This document shows, one piece after another, positions 29,807 to 39,857 of a DNA stretch of 64,000 bases. Within the stretch, counting starts at the first letter, position 1. Each line of letters opens with the position of its first letter. The position numbers and the translations under genes were made by a program. The notes below the pieces were generated by a model, which ran no database searches, had not been told where the DNA came from, and saw nothing but the letters and a program-made list of their open reading frames with translations. Source of the DNA: Vampirovibrionaceae bacterium NZW_1234 (GTDB taxonomy: Bacteria > Cyanobacteriota > Vampirovibrionia > Vampirovibrionales > JAGQHJ01); the NCBI GenBank assembly GCA_041697335.1, contig JBGUGD010000030.1, positions 176,291-240,290 on the forward strand, in the 5' to 3' direction.

Positions 29807-31333
29807 ATGAAGGTGGTTGCGAAATCCGGTAATGTATTGACCAGTGATGCTGACGCCTTGGTGGTCAACTTGTTTGAAGGCGTAACCCAGCCGGGGGGTG
29901 GCACGGGAGCGGTGGATCAGGCCTTGGATGGGGCGATTCGCCAAGAGATTGAACATGGCAAGGCCTTTAAAGGCAAACTGGGCGAAACCCTGATTTTGCC
30001 CACCTATGGAAAGCTTCCTGCACGCTATGTGGTGGTAGTTGGCTTAGGCAAGGCAGAGGATTGCAAAAGCCTGCAACTGCGTCGAGCGAGTGCTGCTGCG
30101 ATTCGCGCCTGTCAAAAACTCAAGGTGTCTTCGGTAGCCACCTTGCTTCATGGGGCTGGGATTGGTCAAATTGATGCTCAGGCAGCGGCTCGGCTCTTGG
30201 CCGAAGGAGCCATTCTCGGCAATTACCGCTTCACGTTGAGAAAGACCAAAGACCCAGCGGATGAGCCTGTGTCCATTGACACGCTCACCGTGGTCGAACA
30301 GGATCAAGCAAAGCTGGGTGCGATTGAGACCGGTTTGCGGTGGGGGGCGGCCATTGCCCAAGCCACGTGCCAGGCGCGCGATTGGGTACAGGACAGCCCC
30401 AACTACGTAACGCCCACATTTTTGGCAGAGCAAGCCCAAAAACTGAAGGGCGGGCAAGTGCAATGTCAGGTTTTGGACAAGGCCGAAATTGAAAAGCTGG
30501 GTATGGGGTCCTTTTTAAGTGTGGCTCGCGGCAGTGTGGAGCCCCCTAAGCTGATTCATTTGACCTACACGCCTGCGACCGGCACGCCCAAAAAGAAAGT
30601 GACCTTGGTGGGCAAGGGAATTACCTTTGATAGTGGGGGGTTGTCCTTAAAGCCAGCTGCGTCCATGGAACTGATGAAAAACGATATGACGGGTGCTGCG
30701 GTGGTCATTGCCACGATGCGGGCTCTGGCGGAACTGGGTGACCTGGATATCCAGGTGGATGTTGTGGCCCCATGCTGTGAGAACATGCCCAGTGGTCAGG
30801 CTAATCGTCCGGGAGACATTGTGACGGCCATGAACGGGAAGACCATTGAGATCAACAACACCGATGCTGAAGGTCGGCTGATCCTCTGTGATGCTCTGGT
30901 GTATGCCCAAAAACACATTCAGCCGGATGAGCTCATTGATCTGGCGACCTTGACAGGGGCATGCATTATGGCCTTGGGCAAAGAGGCCTCGGGCATTATG
31001 GGCACCGATGACAGCCTGTTAGAAGCAGTCAGAAAAGCCGGAAATGTGGCAGGTGAAAGATTCTGGCCATTACCGCTTTTTGATGAATTCAAGGACATGC
31101 TTAAAAGCGATGTGGCTGATCTGATTAATGCCGGCAGCAAAGGCCAAGCCGGGTCTTCTGCAGGTGGGATGTTTTTAAAAGCCTTTATCGAGGATAACCA
31201 AAAGTGGGTTCATCTGGACATTGCCGGGCCTTCCTGGACCGATCGCGATGTGCCCGAAGTCCCCAAAGGCGGTACGGGTGTGGGTGTACGAACATTACTA
31301 TACTATTTGTATCAGATTGCAGAAGTGTCTTAA
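29807..31333 (+). CDS. pepA: Leucyl aminopeptidase (M17)
   Basis: GKGITFDSGG, MKNDMTGAA, NTDAEGRL, DLATLTGA, HLDIAG; GAGGAG RBS before ATG 29807. Confidence 0.95.
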   Translation: MKVVAKSGNVLTSDADALVVNLFEGVTQPGGGTGAVDQALDGAIRQEIEHGKAFKGKLGETLILPTYGKLPARYVVVVGLGKAEDCKSLQLRRASAAAIRACQKLKVSSVATLLHGAGIGQIDAQAAARLLAEGAILGNYRFTLRKTKDPADEPVSIDTLTVVEQDQAKLGAIETGLRWGAAIAQATCQARDWVQDSPNYVTPTFLAEQAQKLKGGQVQCQVLDKAEIEKLGMGSFLSVARGSVEPPKLIHLTYTPATGTPKKKVTLVGKGITFDSGGLSLKPAASMELMKNDMTGAAVVIATMRALAELGDLDIQVDVVAPCCENMPSGQANRPGDIVTAMNGKTIEINNTDAEGRLILCDALVYAQKHIQPDELIDLATLTGACIMALGKEASGIMGTDDSLLEAVRKAGNVAGERFWPLPLFDEFKDMLKSDVADLINAGSKGQAGSSAGGMFLKAFIEDNQKWVHLDIAGPSWTDRDVPEVPKGGTGVGVRTLLYYLYQIAEVS

Positions 31334-31480
31334 TTGTCTTTTAGACACTATCTTGCCCGTAGGATTTTTGTGTTATTTTTGCGCAGATCTGAGAAGATAG
31401 GCGTATAATAAAGTCATTACCTGGATGAGTGACTGCTGATCCTGAGAGGCCTTGCCATCAAGGGATTGGGAGTGACGCGT

Positions 31481-31498
31481 GTTACAAATTATTACAAA
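31481..31498 (+). promoter_or_regulatory. HLR1-like direct repeat (OmpR-family operator candidate)
   Basis: GTTACAAA-TT-ATTACAAA. Confidence 0.5.
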
Positions 31499-31596
31499 TG
31501 TAGCTGTATGATAGAGGCCCCTTTTGGCCAGAATGAAGGCGACTCCGACAGGGTTGCCGGGTCTCGCCTGAACAGAGGGAATTGTAAATCATTGGT

Positions 31597-31623
31597 TTAG
31601 GGAATAGCGATCCGTGCCGATAT
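31597..31623 (+). promoter_or_regulatory. Sigma28-like promoter
   Basis: TTAG-N15-GCCGATAT about 35 nt before the 31658 ORF. Confidence 0.4.
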
Positions 31624-31657
31624 ACTCTAAGATAAGAATACGGAGTCAGGAAAGGCT

Positions 31658-32275
31658 TTGAACGCAATGAATTTCAACAAGAGTCTCGTTGTAAAAGAAG
31701 CTGTAATGGGAAGTATTGCCGTTTTTCGTGAGCGTCGGCTTCCTGTCCAACTCAATCCGCGCCAATTCAAAGTATTGGCGACCTCGCTGGGTGTGGCTGG
31801 TGTCATTGTCTTAGGTTTGTTTTTTATTTCCGGCCAAGGTGATCTGACGGTATTGCGTCAACGCCTGGTGGGGCAAGTTCATTTGAGTACCGGAGTGTAT
31901 TCTGCTCGGACAGTCACCCAGTTGAATCATTTGAGCTGGCAAAACGGCCTGGATATCTTAACCGCACTGGAAACGGTGAACGGTAACCTGCGTCAGCTGG
32001 AAAAACTGCAGAGTAAACCTCGAACCAAAAAAGCCCACATTTTAGCCGCCCGTCGCTCGTTAAACGAGTCGGTCAAAAAGCTGGATGTCCTGCTTGCCGA
32101 TCGCCAAATCCTGGAAGATGCGGCCAAAATTTTGAAGGCCAACACCTTGTATACGCCTGTATATCAGGAATTTCTCAAGGATACGATGGCACGTGTAGCC
32201 GATGCGTCTCCACGAAAAAACACATCTGAAAACCTGGTTCAGGATACAACTTTACCCCCGTTAACCCAACAATAA
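31658..32275 (+). CDS. Hypothetical single-pass membrane protein with helical domain
   Basis: TM segment LATSLGVAGVIVLGLFFI; start uncertain (31658/31667/31706). Confidence 0.7.
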   Translation: MNAMNFNKSLVVKEAVMGSIAVFRERRLPVQLNPRQFKVLATSLGVAGVIVLGLFFISGQGDLTVLRQRLVGQVHLSTGVYSARTVTQLNHLSWQNGLDILTALETVNGNLRQLEKLQSKPRTKKAHILAARRSLNESVKKLDVLLADRQILEDAAKILKANTLYTPVYQEFLKDTMARVADASPRKNTSENLVQDTTLPPLTQQ

Positions 32276-32403
32276 TTTAGGCCGAAGGTTCAGGAAAGAT
32301 ACGCTTTGGCGGATCAGAAACGTTTTCGGGACTCGTATTTTCGTTGACGCCCTGATGACGGCTGCTCAAAGTGTGCCCTATGCTTTGTGGGGTGTTTCGA
32401 TTG

Positions 32404-32431
32404 AAAAAGAAAAAGAGGGCCGAAGCCCTCT
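32404..32431 (-). terminator. Rho-independent terminator
   Basis: Minus strand AGAGGGC-TTCG-GCCCTCT then TTTTCTTTTT. Confidence 0.8.
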
Positions 32432-32495
32432 CTAAAGATTGGTAGACGATTGGTTAGTATCACAGGAACAAAAGATTGGTGTTGTGTTGTAATGC

Positions 32496-33641
32496 CTATT
32501 CGATACCCAACTGCCGCTGTTGTGGGATGATGCCCCGGGCTTGTTGCAGATTGGGCTGGATACCTGGATTGCCAGCAATGCCTTGTCTTGGAATGATGGG
32601 GCGAATCCCTGTAGCCTGCCCCGGTCTTATGCCAGGTTGGCCAAGGGGAGTCCCGGGTTGACCTTGTCCCACAAAAGGGGCACCTGTGGGATTGCCGACG
32701 CCTTGGAAGTTAATCCCTGGATTAACTTGTGGTGCTACGTTACCATTTCCCAGCTGCCCAATGATGTTGCCTGCTGGGGTATTGCCGCCGCTCAGGAGAT
32801 CGATCCCTGCGTTCCCTTGCGGGATGGGTAAGCCGCCATTGGTGAATTGACCAATAATATTCCCGGCAGGAGAATTGCCGCCTGTGGCAATGTTCACACC
32901 ACCATTGGGGCCGACTGTGGGAAACCCGCCATTGGTGAGTTGGCCGATGATATTCCCGGCAGGAGAATTGCCGCCTGTGGCAATGTTCGCACCACCATTG
33001 GCACCTACGACGGGGAAGCCTCCGTTGGTGAGTTGAGCAATAATGTTGCCCCCGGGGGAATTCCCACCCGCTGCAATATTGGCCCCACCGGTACCCATGG
33101 AGACGGGAAAGCCGCCGTTGGTGAGGAGGGAAATAATACCGGCACTGCGGGTTGTCCCGCCGCTTAAGACACTGTTGTCAAAATTGGGCAGAAAACCAAA
33201 GGGGTTGTTGCCGAAAATTTGAGAAACGATATTGGTTCCTTGCCGCCAGGGTGGCGTCCAGGAGACGGGTAACCCAATCGGGCGCCCAGGACCGATATTG
33301 GGGCGACCAAACCCACTGAACCAGTTTTGACTTTGGTTGAGTACCACTTGCAGGAGTTGAATAATGACATCGAGCAATTGATCATCCAGGGAGGGTCTTG
33401 TGGGGCCTGGAGGAGAAATCCGTCTTGTCAGAGATGCACTGGTTTCGGGAGGGGCATCAGCACCCCGGGTGCCACCATTGGTAGCGCCATTGGAACTGCC
33501 GCCACCGCTTGTTTCTGGGTTTGCAAGGCGAATAAAGCTAAATGACTCAATCTGTCCTTCATTGTCGGTTTTGATTTTGAGCTCGCCATTCTTGGGCAAG
33601 CCGCGCACCATCGACGCTGGGTTCAATGCCACGTCAGACAT
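32496..33641 (-). CDS. Gly/Asn/Pro-rich protein with 31-aa tandem repeats
   Basis: GGAGGT RBS before ATG 33641; about 4 copies of NIIGQLTNGGFP..G.NGGANIATGGNSPAG; terminator downstream. Confidence 0.8.
   Translation of the reverse strand: MSDVALNPASMVRGLPKNGELKIKTDNEGQIESFSFIRLANPETSGGGSSNGATNGGTRGADAPPETSASLTRRISPPGPTRPSLDDQLLDVIIQLLQVVLNQSQNWFSGFGRPNIGPGRPIGLPVSWTPPWRQGTNIVSQIFGNNPFGFLPNFDNSVLSGGTTRSAGIISLLTNGGFPVSMGTGGANIAAGGNSPGGNIIAQLTNGGFPVVGANGGANIATGGNSPAGNIIGQLTNGGFPTVGPNGGVNIATGGNSPAGNIIGQFTNGGLPIPQGNAGIDLLSGGNTPAGNIIGQLGNGNVAPQVNPGINFQGVGNPTGAPFVGQGQPGTPLGQPGIRPGQATGIRPIIPRQGIAGNPGIQPNLQQARGIIPQQRQLGIE
32740..33140 (-). repeat. Coding 93-bp tandem repeat
   Basis: GAATTGCCGCCTGTGGCAATGTTC recurs 93 nt apart (about 32872 and 32965). 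Confidence 0.8.
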
Positions 33642-33738
33642 TCGATACCTCCGAGAAAAATCCTTGATACACACACACGACACACAATCTATGTTTGTAT
33701 AAAAACAGGCAAGTGTGGAATGCTGCCTTAAAAAAATA

Positions 33739-33773
33739 TTAAGCCCCGGATCCCAGATTAGGGCGGGGCTTAA
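33739..33773 (-). terminator. Terminator-like inverted repeat after HEAT gene
   Basis: TTAAGCCCCG...CGGGGCTTAA followed on the minus strand by a T-rich run. Confidence 0.5.
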
Positions 33774-33809
33774 AACGAGCTTGGCTTTTGCGTTTGAGAG
33801 GGCCTGAAA

Positions 33810-34379
33810 TTAACCGACCTTCTCCAAGGGTAATACCGGGCTATCGAACTCAGGAGTCCGGTGGGGGATTTTTAAACCCAGTTCCTGCATCACAAATTCA
33901 AATACCCAACGGGTGGCAGCCTTGCGACTGTATTTGGGGTAAGCCTGTAGAATAGCCTCTTCGGCATCAATACCCATCCGAATTAATGCCATAGCCGCAG
34001 TAGAGCGGACATTAATATGGGCGGTTGCCAAACTCTTGACGAGCTCTGGAATGGCCAGGGCACCGGCTTTGACCAACACATTTTCAATTTCGGTAGAGAA
34101 ACTGTTGTCGGCATATACCAACGCTTTCAGAAGGTAGTGGATGCCATCTTTGGTCAGGAGGGGATCTGAGGCGGATGCTGGCTTTGATGAGCTGCTGATG
34201 AGTTTTAGCTTCAAAGCTTCGAGGCTAATCGGTGCCTGTCTCACCATTATGTTAAGTCTCCGTGCGATATCCGAATGGGATTGAGTATCATAATCTCTTC
34301 TATTGTTTATAGCGGATCTTAGAGCAAGGTGCAACGCGAGGGGCAGGGCATGATGTAAAGGAAGCTTTAGGCTTTCCAA
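33810..34379 (-). CDS. HEAT-repeat domain protein
   Basis: AIPELVKSLATAHINVRSTAAMALIRMG is a HEAT/PBS-lyase-type repeat; TTG start uncertain. Confidence 0.7.
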   Translation of the reverse strand: MESLKLPLHHALPLALHLALRSAINNRRDYDTQSHSDIARRLNIMVRQAPISLEALKLKLISSSSKPASASDPLLTKDGIHYLLKALVYADNSFSTEIENVLVKAGALAIPELVKSLATAHINVRSTAAMALIRMGIDAEEAILQAYPKYSRKAATRWVFEFVMQELGLKIPHRTPEFDSPVLPLEKVG

Positions 34380-34566
34380 GCTTCTTTATATCTCGTAGTG
34401 TTACATGCATGGATATCGATCGCAACCCTGATGAAGATTGCCTTGGTATGACGCTAAAAATGGGGTAAACGTGGGTGTTAAGGCGGATGACCGGTCCTGA
34501 TATGATCCCTACTTTTTTTTCAAAGATCGTTTACCAAATCTTTACATCTTCTTAATTTAGGATCGG

Positions 34567-35433
34567 TTAAATTGAGGAGGTCATTGGGGTAGACAGGGTG
34601 ATGGGACATCCGGGTTGGGTCGAAAGATACGTGGCAGCATTGCCTTGGGGAAGAGCGATCTCAAGCATGCCGTGACTGCCTGGTATAAGGACGAGACTGG
34701 TATTGTCAGACGATGGATCTGCAAGATAAAAGGGGCGTGATGTCACCGAGATCCGACGGTTGGGAAGCGTTAAAAGTAACTGGATTCCCTCGGCCGGGAG
34801 CCACGCATGAGGGATGTTGGTGATCAGATTGCCGTAGGTATCAATCACATCTATTTCCCCCTGCCACCGCATTGCCTCCGGGCGCTGGGGATGACCCAAG
34901 GGTAGGTGAGTGATTTCCGTGGGAGAGAGACAGTGCCCCAACTCGTTTAGCGTGTTCTCCAGGTTGTGCGTGATAAAGGCGTTGGCCAGATGAGCGGCCA
35001 CGGGGGCATATATGTCTCGGCCATGAAAGCTTTGACTGGGAAGGGTTTCTGGAATGCGGTAAAAACGAGGATTGGTCAGCGCAACAACATGGGCTAAGCG
35101 ATCGCTGGTAGGCGGTAAAATGCGTGTGGCTAGCCCGTTGTTGGGGAGAACCACCCCTTTGTGGACGTCGGGAAAGTAAATGGCCAGGGGAAGCTGATCC
35201 GGGCTGCCGACATGGGGATCAACCACGGCAACCAAAAACGCGCCCGGAGGGAAGGCATCAAAGGCCTGCTGCAAGACCCAGCTGCCATGGCGGATGTCCT
35301 GGGGTGGGATGTGGTGGGCAATGTCCAGGATGGGGATTGTTGGGGCAAAGCCCTGGATGACCCCTTTCAGAACCCCGGTAAACCCGTCGCGGTCTCCAAA
35401 ATCTGTGATGAGTCCAATGCAGGCGTGTGTCAT
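34567..35433 (-). CDS. SAM hydroxide adenosyltransferase / SAM-dependent halogenase family (DUF62)
   Basis: IGLITDFGDRD, VVDPHVGS, SFHGRDIYAPVAA, IDTYGNLITN. Confidence 0.9.
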   Translation of the reverse strand: MTHACIGLITDFGDRDGFTGVLKGVIQGFAPTIPILDIAHHIPPQDIRHGSWVLQQAFDAFPPGAFLVAVVDPHVGSPDQLPLAIYFPDVHKGVVLPNNGLATRILPPTSDRLAHVVALTNPRFYRIPETLPSQSFHGRDIYAPVAAHLANAFITHNLENTLNELGHCLSPTEITHLPLGHPQRPEAMRWQGEIDVIDTYGNLITNIPHAWLPAEGIQLLLTLPNRRISVTSRPFYLADPSSDNTSLVLIPGSHGMLEIALPQGNAATYLSTQPGCPITLSTPMTSSI

Positions 35434-35503
35434 ACGAATCGTGGCAATCTGGCTATCTTCCGTGTACGATTTTAAGTGGTAACACAAGCAAGGAAGGAAT
35501 GCG

Positions 35504-36466
35504 ATGCCGGTTGTGGTGTACTACGGGGATGAGCCCTTTCTCCTCGAACAGGCCGTTAAACAGCTGCGCCAAGCCGTGGTGAATCCCGCCATGGCGAGCT
35601 TATGCCACCGGGTTTATAGTCAGCCTTCTCTGGCAACTGTTTTAGAGGCTGTCGGGAGCGTGTCTCTGGCTCTGGGTGGACAAACCTTGATTGAAATTCG
35701 GGATTTCCCCCTGTTGCATAACGCAGCCAAAGATTCGGCCACGGAAAAACAGTTGGAAGAATTAAAGGGTTTGCTTGAGGCTGTTGACGCCAGCAAAACC
35801 ATCTTGTTTTACAGTGCCAAGCTCGACGGCAAAATCAAATTTCCCAAGTGGCTGGCCAAGCACCCACAGTTTACGGTGCAGAAGTTCGAGGCCTTTAAAT
35901 TCTGGGAAACCCAAAAGGTGGTGGATTTTCTGAGAAGCTATGCTGCACAGCACCACATTGCGTTAAGTGGGGAGGCTGCGGAACTTTTGGTGGAAAGCCT
36001 GGGGACAGATCTGCGTCAACTCACCAATGAAGTGGGGAAACTTCAGCTCTATGCCGACGGTCGGACGATTACGCCGGAGGATGTGATGCGGATGGGCAAC
36101 CACAGTGACAACCTGTTTCATGTGATCACCCGGTGGATTTTGCAGGAAAAGCCGGCCGACAACTTTCGGGATCTGCAGGAAATTTTGCTTCGACGCCATC
36201 CGGTTGAAGTGTTTGCCACCATGCAGAGTGTGTTTAACAATATTTTTCGGGTGATGTGGCTCAGTCAACACGGCGCCTCCATTGATGCCATTGCCTCTCG
36301 CACCGGGCAGAAGCCCTTTACCATTCGTAAGCATTTGTCCGATTACCGACGTGTCTCCCGGGCGCGTTGGTTATCCCTCAAGCATCAGTTGGCCGAGCTG
36401 GAGTGGAAATCCAAGACCGGACAATTGGAAGGGCATCTGGCCCTGGAAACCTTGTTGGGGACCTAA
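35504..36466 (+). CDS. holA: DNA polymerase III delta subunit
   Basis: YYGDEPFLL start, GTDLRQLTNEVGKLQLY, C-terminal ELEWKSKTG. Confidence 0.88.
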   Translation: MPVVVYYGDEPFLLEQAVKQLRQAVVNPAMASLCHRVYSQPSLATVLEAVGSVSLALGGQTLIEIRDFPLLHNAAKDSATEKQLEELKGLLEAVDASKTILFYSAKLDGKIKFPKWLAKHPQFTVQKFEAFKFWETQKVVDFLRSYAAQHHIALSGEAAELLVESLGTDLRQLTNEVGKLQLYADGRTITPEDVMRMGNHSDNLFHVITRWILQEKPADNFRDLQEILLRRHPVEVFATMQSVFNNIFRVMWLSQHGASIDAIASRTGQKPFTIRKHLSDYRRVSRARWLSLKHQLAELEWKSKTGQLEGHLALETLLGT

Positions 36467-36469
36467 ACG

Positions 36470-37471
36470 ATGCGGACGTTGATTGATTTTGAAGCGGCTC
36501 AGCCTTTTGCGGTGAACTTTTTTACCCAGGCCCTTCAAACCCATACATGGGTGAATGCCTATATTCTACGGGGCAAGGATCTGGGGGCTGTCTATGGCAT
36601 GATCTTGCGGCTGGCCCAGATTCTGAACTGCCCCGAAAAACCTGGGCCCGTATCTGCCTGTGGGCAGTGTCAGTCCTGTCGCTGGATTGAAGAAAATGCC
36701 CACCCCGGTGTGGTCACCGTCTCCAATTTGACCTACCTGACGCATGTCGATCCGCAGACCGGGGCCGCTCGCAGTAAAACCGGCAAGGCCCAACGTTCTA
36801 TTGTGGTGGATCAGCTGGATCAGTTGCTGCATGAGCTCAATCTCCACAGTGGGGGCTTTCATCGGGTGGTCATTTTAACCGGCGCCCAGGAGGTTTCTCA
36901 AGAGGGCGAGGATCATCAATCGCCCTTTGCGGTGCCCAGAGATTGGCAGGCCCAGGACGCGGGACGGCTTGCCTGGGTGCCCTTGGACCGTAAGCTGTTT
37001 CCCGATGTGCTGGCCAACAAGTTCTTGAAGACCCTGGAGGAGCCCCCGCGCGATGTTCTTTTCTTTCTGATGACGGACAGTGAAGAGAAGCTCCTGGATA
37101 CCATTGTCTCTCGGTGTCAGATGGTGCCGTTCAAGACGCCGGCGTCGTTTTTTGAGACTCGTTTTTCCCCGGCGGCCGAGCAGGTCTATCATCACCTGCT
37201 CAGCGAATTGGGGCGCCAAGACTTTTTAAGCCAGACCCAGACCTTAGTGGCCTATTTATCGGAAAACCACGTGAGTGCTGCCGAGGCGTTGGCCGGGTTT
37301 CAGCAGTTTATTTGGGAGTCTTCCAAGCGGACCGGCCTGCCGGAGCAACGCTACGGCCACGTGACCTCGATGATCCGAAAAATTGACCATGCCCGGCGCA
37401 TGTTGGAAGACAAGGTCCGTGAAGAGGCGGTTTTGGAAGATCTGTTTTTACAGCTGGCTCAGGCGGGATAA
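36470..37471 (+). CDS. holB: DNA polymerase III delta-prime subunit
   Basis: C...CGQCQSC Zn module, HP motif, ANKFLKTLEEPP, TIVSRCQ; degenerate Walker A. Confidence 0.85.
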   Translation: MRTLIDFEAAQPFAVNFFTQALQTHTWVNAYILRGKDLGAVYGMILRLAQILNCPEKPGPVSACGQCQSCRWIEENAHPGVVTVSNLTYLTHVDPQTGAARSKTGKAQRSIVVDQLDQLLHELNLHSGGFHRVVILTGAQEVSQEGEDHQSPFAVPRDWQAQDAGRLAWVPLDRKLFPDVLANKFLKTLEEPPRDVLFFLMTDSEEKLLDTIVSRCQMVPFKTPASFFETRFSPAAEQVYHHLLSELGRQDFLSQTQTLVAYLSENHVSAAEALAGFQQFIWESSKRTGLPEQRYGHVTSMIRKIDHARRMLEDKVREEAVLEDLFLQLAQAG

Positions 37472-37503
37472 GTTCTAAAAATATTACAAATGTGACACAA
37501 TTC

Positions 37504-37533
37504 TTGCATCCCAGTGGATGAGCGGGCTAGAAT
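37504..37533 (+). promoter_or_regulatory. Sigma70-like promoter
   Basis: TTGCAT-18 nt-TAGAAT. Confidence 0.45.
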
Positions 37534-37560
37534 GAACCGTAATACTTAAATGGATGGGTA

Positions 37561-39828
37561 TTGTTCGTGATAGTCCCTGTACATCACGTCCCGGCACAAT
37601 CAAGTGTTGTCCCCCCGAAAGCAAAAGGCTACGGGTACCCGCCAAAACACACCTATCTCCCAGCAGTTCAACACAATAGCCTATTTACCGCCCCCCGATT
37701 CGGGACGGATAAGGAAGTGCATCGCACTGGGGAGACGAAGTTTATTCATGTCTTGCAACATGCGGCAGCCCCCTTTCGAGAATTGCTGCAAGGGCTCGCA
37801 TTGGCGGTTCGCCGTTTTGGTCAATGGTTGGGCAATGTCTGGTTTCGGATTATGCGCATGGTGTCTCCGGTTTCGGTGCCCCAGCTGCGTGATGCTCTCA
37901 ACCCGTTGATGGTTCAAGCTCAACATCGGTTCCCCATTCCCATGGTTCGTGCCAAGCTCCTCAAAGAAGGGTCGCCGGATGCGCTTTTGCCCTATCGGGA
38001 GTTGGAGCGCCGCTATCGGCGGAATCCGGAGCAGCGGGTACGCTTGCTGGAAAACTTTGTGACCTCCGAAGCCACGGCTTATTTGGCCAGCCATCTGCTG
38101 GCCTTGCAGGAAGCCATCCGAAATCCGGGCCAACCCCTGCGGATTGATCGAAGCCACATCCCCGCGGCGGTTCGGATGGGGGTGGATGATGCCAATGCCA
38201 TCGTGGCCCGGCGCACCAAAGAATTGCTTTATGCCAAGGACAAGCAGCCCATTGCGGACAACCTGTATAACCTGATTCTGGAGTCACCCAAGGTGGCCTT
38301 GCACGAGCATTATCGTGGGTGTGCGCCCATGGCCATGGTGCGGGCGTGGTTTATGGCCCAGAATGACCCCATTGCCTTTAAGTCCAATGATGAGTTGGAA
38401 GAATACTGCCGGATTGATCGTCTGTTTACCCCGGACGGCGAGGGCCCGCTGTATCAACCGAGTTTGGATCGATACCGCTGGAAGAACGACAATATCGTCT
38501 CGGTCTCCATTAATTCAACGGAGACGGCGTATATGGCGGCCTATATGTATACCCTTCGTTCCGGGTTGGAAAATGTCCGCTACTTCGAGTATCGCCTAAA
38601 CCCCATCAGTAAAGGGGTAAAGGACTCTATCGCCTACGCAAAGGCCATCCAGCAGGGTATTCACGATGGCAAGATGTTTCTCAAGGAATCTCGGGGGCAG
38701 GATATTGATGCCAACCTGATCTATTCCGCCGACCGGCAGCCCAAACCCGGGGTGGAGGTGAACAATCCGCTGGCGCCAAAGATTGATGATCGGATTTGGC
38801 TGGCGATGAAGATTATTGTTCTGGCCATCAAGTCTCGTCTGATGGGGATGCATGTGACCGGGTTTGATGTTCAGGGCTCTGAAGCCAACTACGCCATTAT
38901 GGACTTTGAACCCGTGGCTCGGATGCTGGCCCGTTGGAATCGGGTGGCCAAGGCCATGAACCAGATGAAGATGCCGGGCTGGGAGAAGGACTACCGTGTG
39001 GGTGCAACGCTTCACTCGGGTGAAACGCCACTGTCCGGCTTGATTAGCCATAAAGATGCGCCCATTACCGGGGCCGAATCTGTGGAGCGTTCCGTGGAGC
39101 TGTTCACCCGGAAGGACACCTCGCCCATGAATCTGATGGCCGTGGGGCAGGCGATTCAACAGTTACTCAAGACCCCGGACACGCAACTGGATGACGCCAC
39201 CACCTTACGGGTCATCGATCTGCTGTTGCCCAAGGAGGACCGACGGAAACTGGGGACAAGTCGCGGGGCCTTGAAAGCCGAATCCCAGGCCATGCCTGCG
39301 CCCAATGAGCTGCCCCCGGATCAGGACCCGGACATTGATACCCCGGTGCGCATTGGCCATGGGGTGCAGCTGAAGTTCGGGCCGCGTTGGTTGATTGATG
39401 CCTGCTGGAAGCACAAGATTGGGTTTGAACAATGTCCCAAGAGCAATGTGCAGACCGGGGCCGTGTCCTACTATAACGAATTGCCCACCCTGGTGATGTC
39501 TCGTCCCCGGGACGAGGGCCACGGGTTGATGGTGTCCATCAGCCGCGATAACGGGACGACCTCCAAGACGAATATGCCCAACGAACTGGTGAAGTTGACC
39601 CGTCACCTGAAGGCCCGTCACGAGGATCGCAAGCGCTTCCAGATCAACGGGATTCAAACGGCCTTTCTCTTTGACCCGGAGCTAAAGACCAAGATTCGCC
39701 AGGAGATGTTACAGCGCTTCCACCGTCTGGAGTCTCGCCCGGCTTATGGTGAAGTCATTCGTCACGAGCAGGATCCACGTCTGTTTAAGCGGCTGATTGA
39801 AAATCGCCGGGGGGCTCACACGGCCTGA
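37561..39828 (+). CDS. Adenosine/AMP deaminase-superfamily protein with RFG leader and N-terminal extension
   Basis: PKVALHEHYRG, VRYFEYRLNP, TLHSGET, RIGHG, EQCPKSN, ISRDN motifs; leader ends APRFG. Confidence 0.8.
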   Translation: MFVIVPVHHVPAQSSVVPPKAKGYGYPPKHTYLPAVQHNSLFTAPRFGTDKEVHRTGETKFIHVLQHAAAPFRELLQGLALAVRRFGQWLGNVWFRIMRMVSPVSVPQLRDALNPLMVQAQHRFPIPMVRAKLLKEGSPDALLPYRELERRYRRNPEQRVRLLENFVTSEATAYLASHLLALQEAIRNPGQPLRIDRSHIPAAVRMGVDDANAIVARRTKELLYAKDKQPIADNLYNLILESPKVALHEHYRGCAPMAMVRAWFMAQNDPIAFKSNDELEEYCRIDRLFTPDGEGPLYQPSLDRYRWKNDNIVSVSINSTETAYMAAYMYTLRSGLENVRYFEYRLNPISKGVKDSIAYAKAIQQGIHDGKMFLKESRGQDIDANLIYSADRQPKPGVEVNNPLAPKIDDRIWLAMKIIVLAIKSRLMGMHVTGFDVQGSEANYAIMDFEPVARMLARWNRVAKAMNQMKMPGWEKDYRVGATLHSGETPLSGLISHKDAPITGAESVERSVELFTRKDTSPMNLMAVGQAIQQLLKTPDTQLDDATTLRVIDLLLPKEDRRKLGTSRGALKAESQAMPAPNELPPDQDPDIDTPVRIGHGVQLKFGPRWLIDACWKHKIGFEQCPKSNVQTGAVSYYNELPTLVMSRPRDEGHGLMVSISRDNGTTSKTNMPNELVKLTRHLKARHEDRKRFQINGIQTAFLFDPELKTKIRQEMLQRFHRLESRPAYGEVIRHEQDPRLFKRLIENRRGAHTA

Positions 39829-39857
39829 GCCGCCCAATAGGAGTTTTTTCTTGTGCG

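Noticed and set aside
29604..35105. HIP1 (GCGATCGC) enrichment
   Set aside because: Only isolated copies noticed by eye (near 29604 and 35098); no clear over-representation
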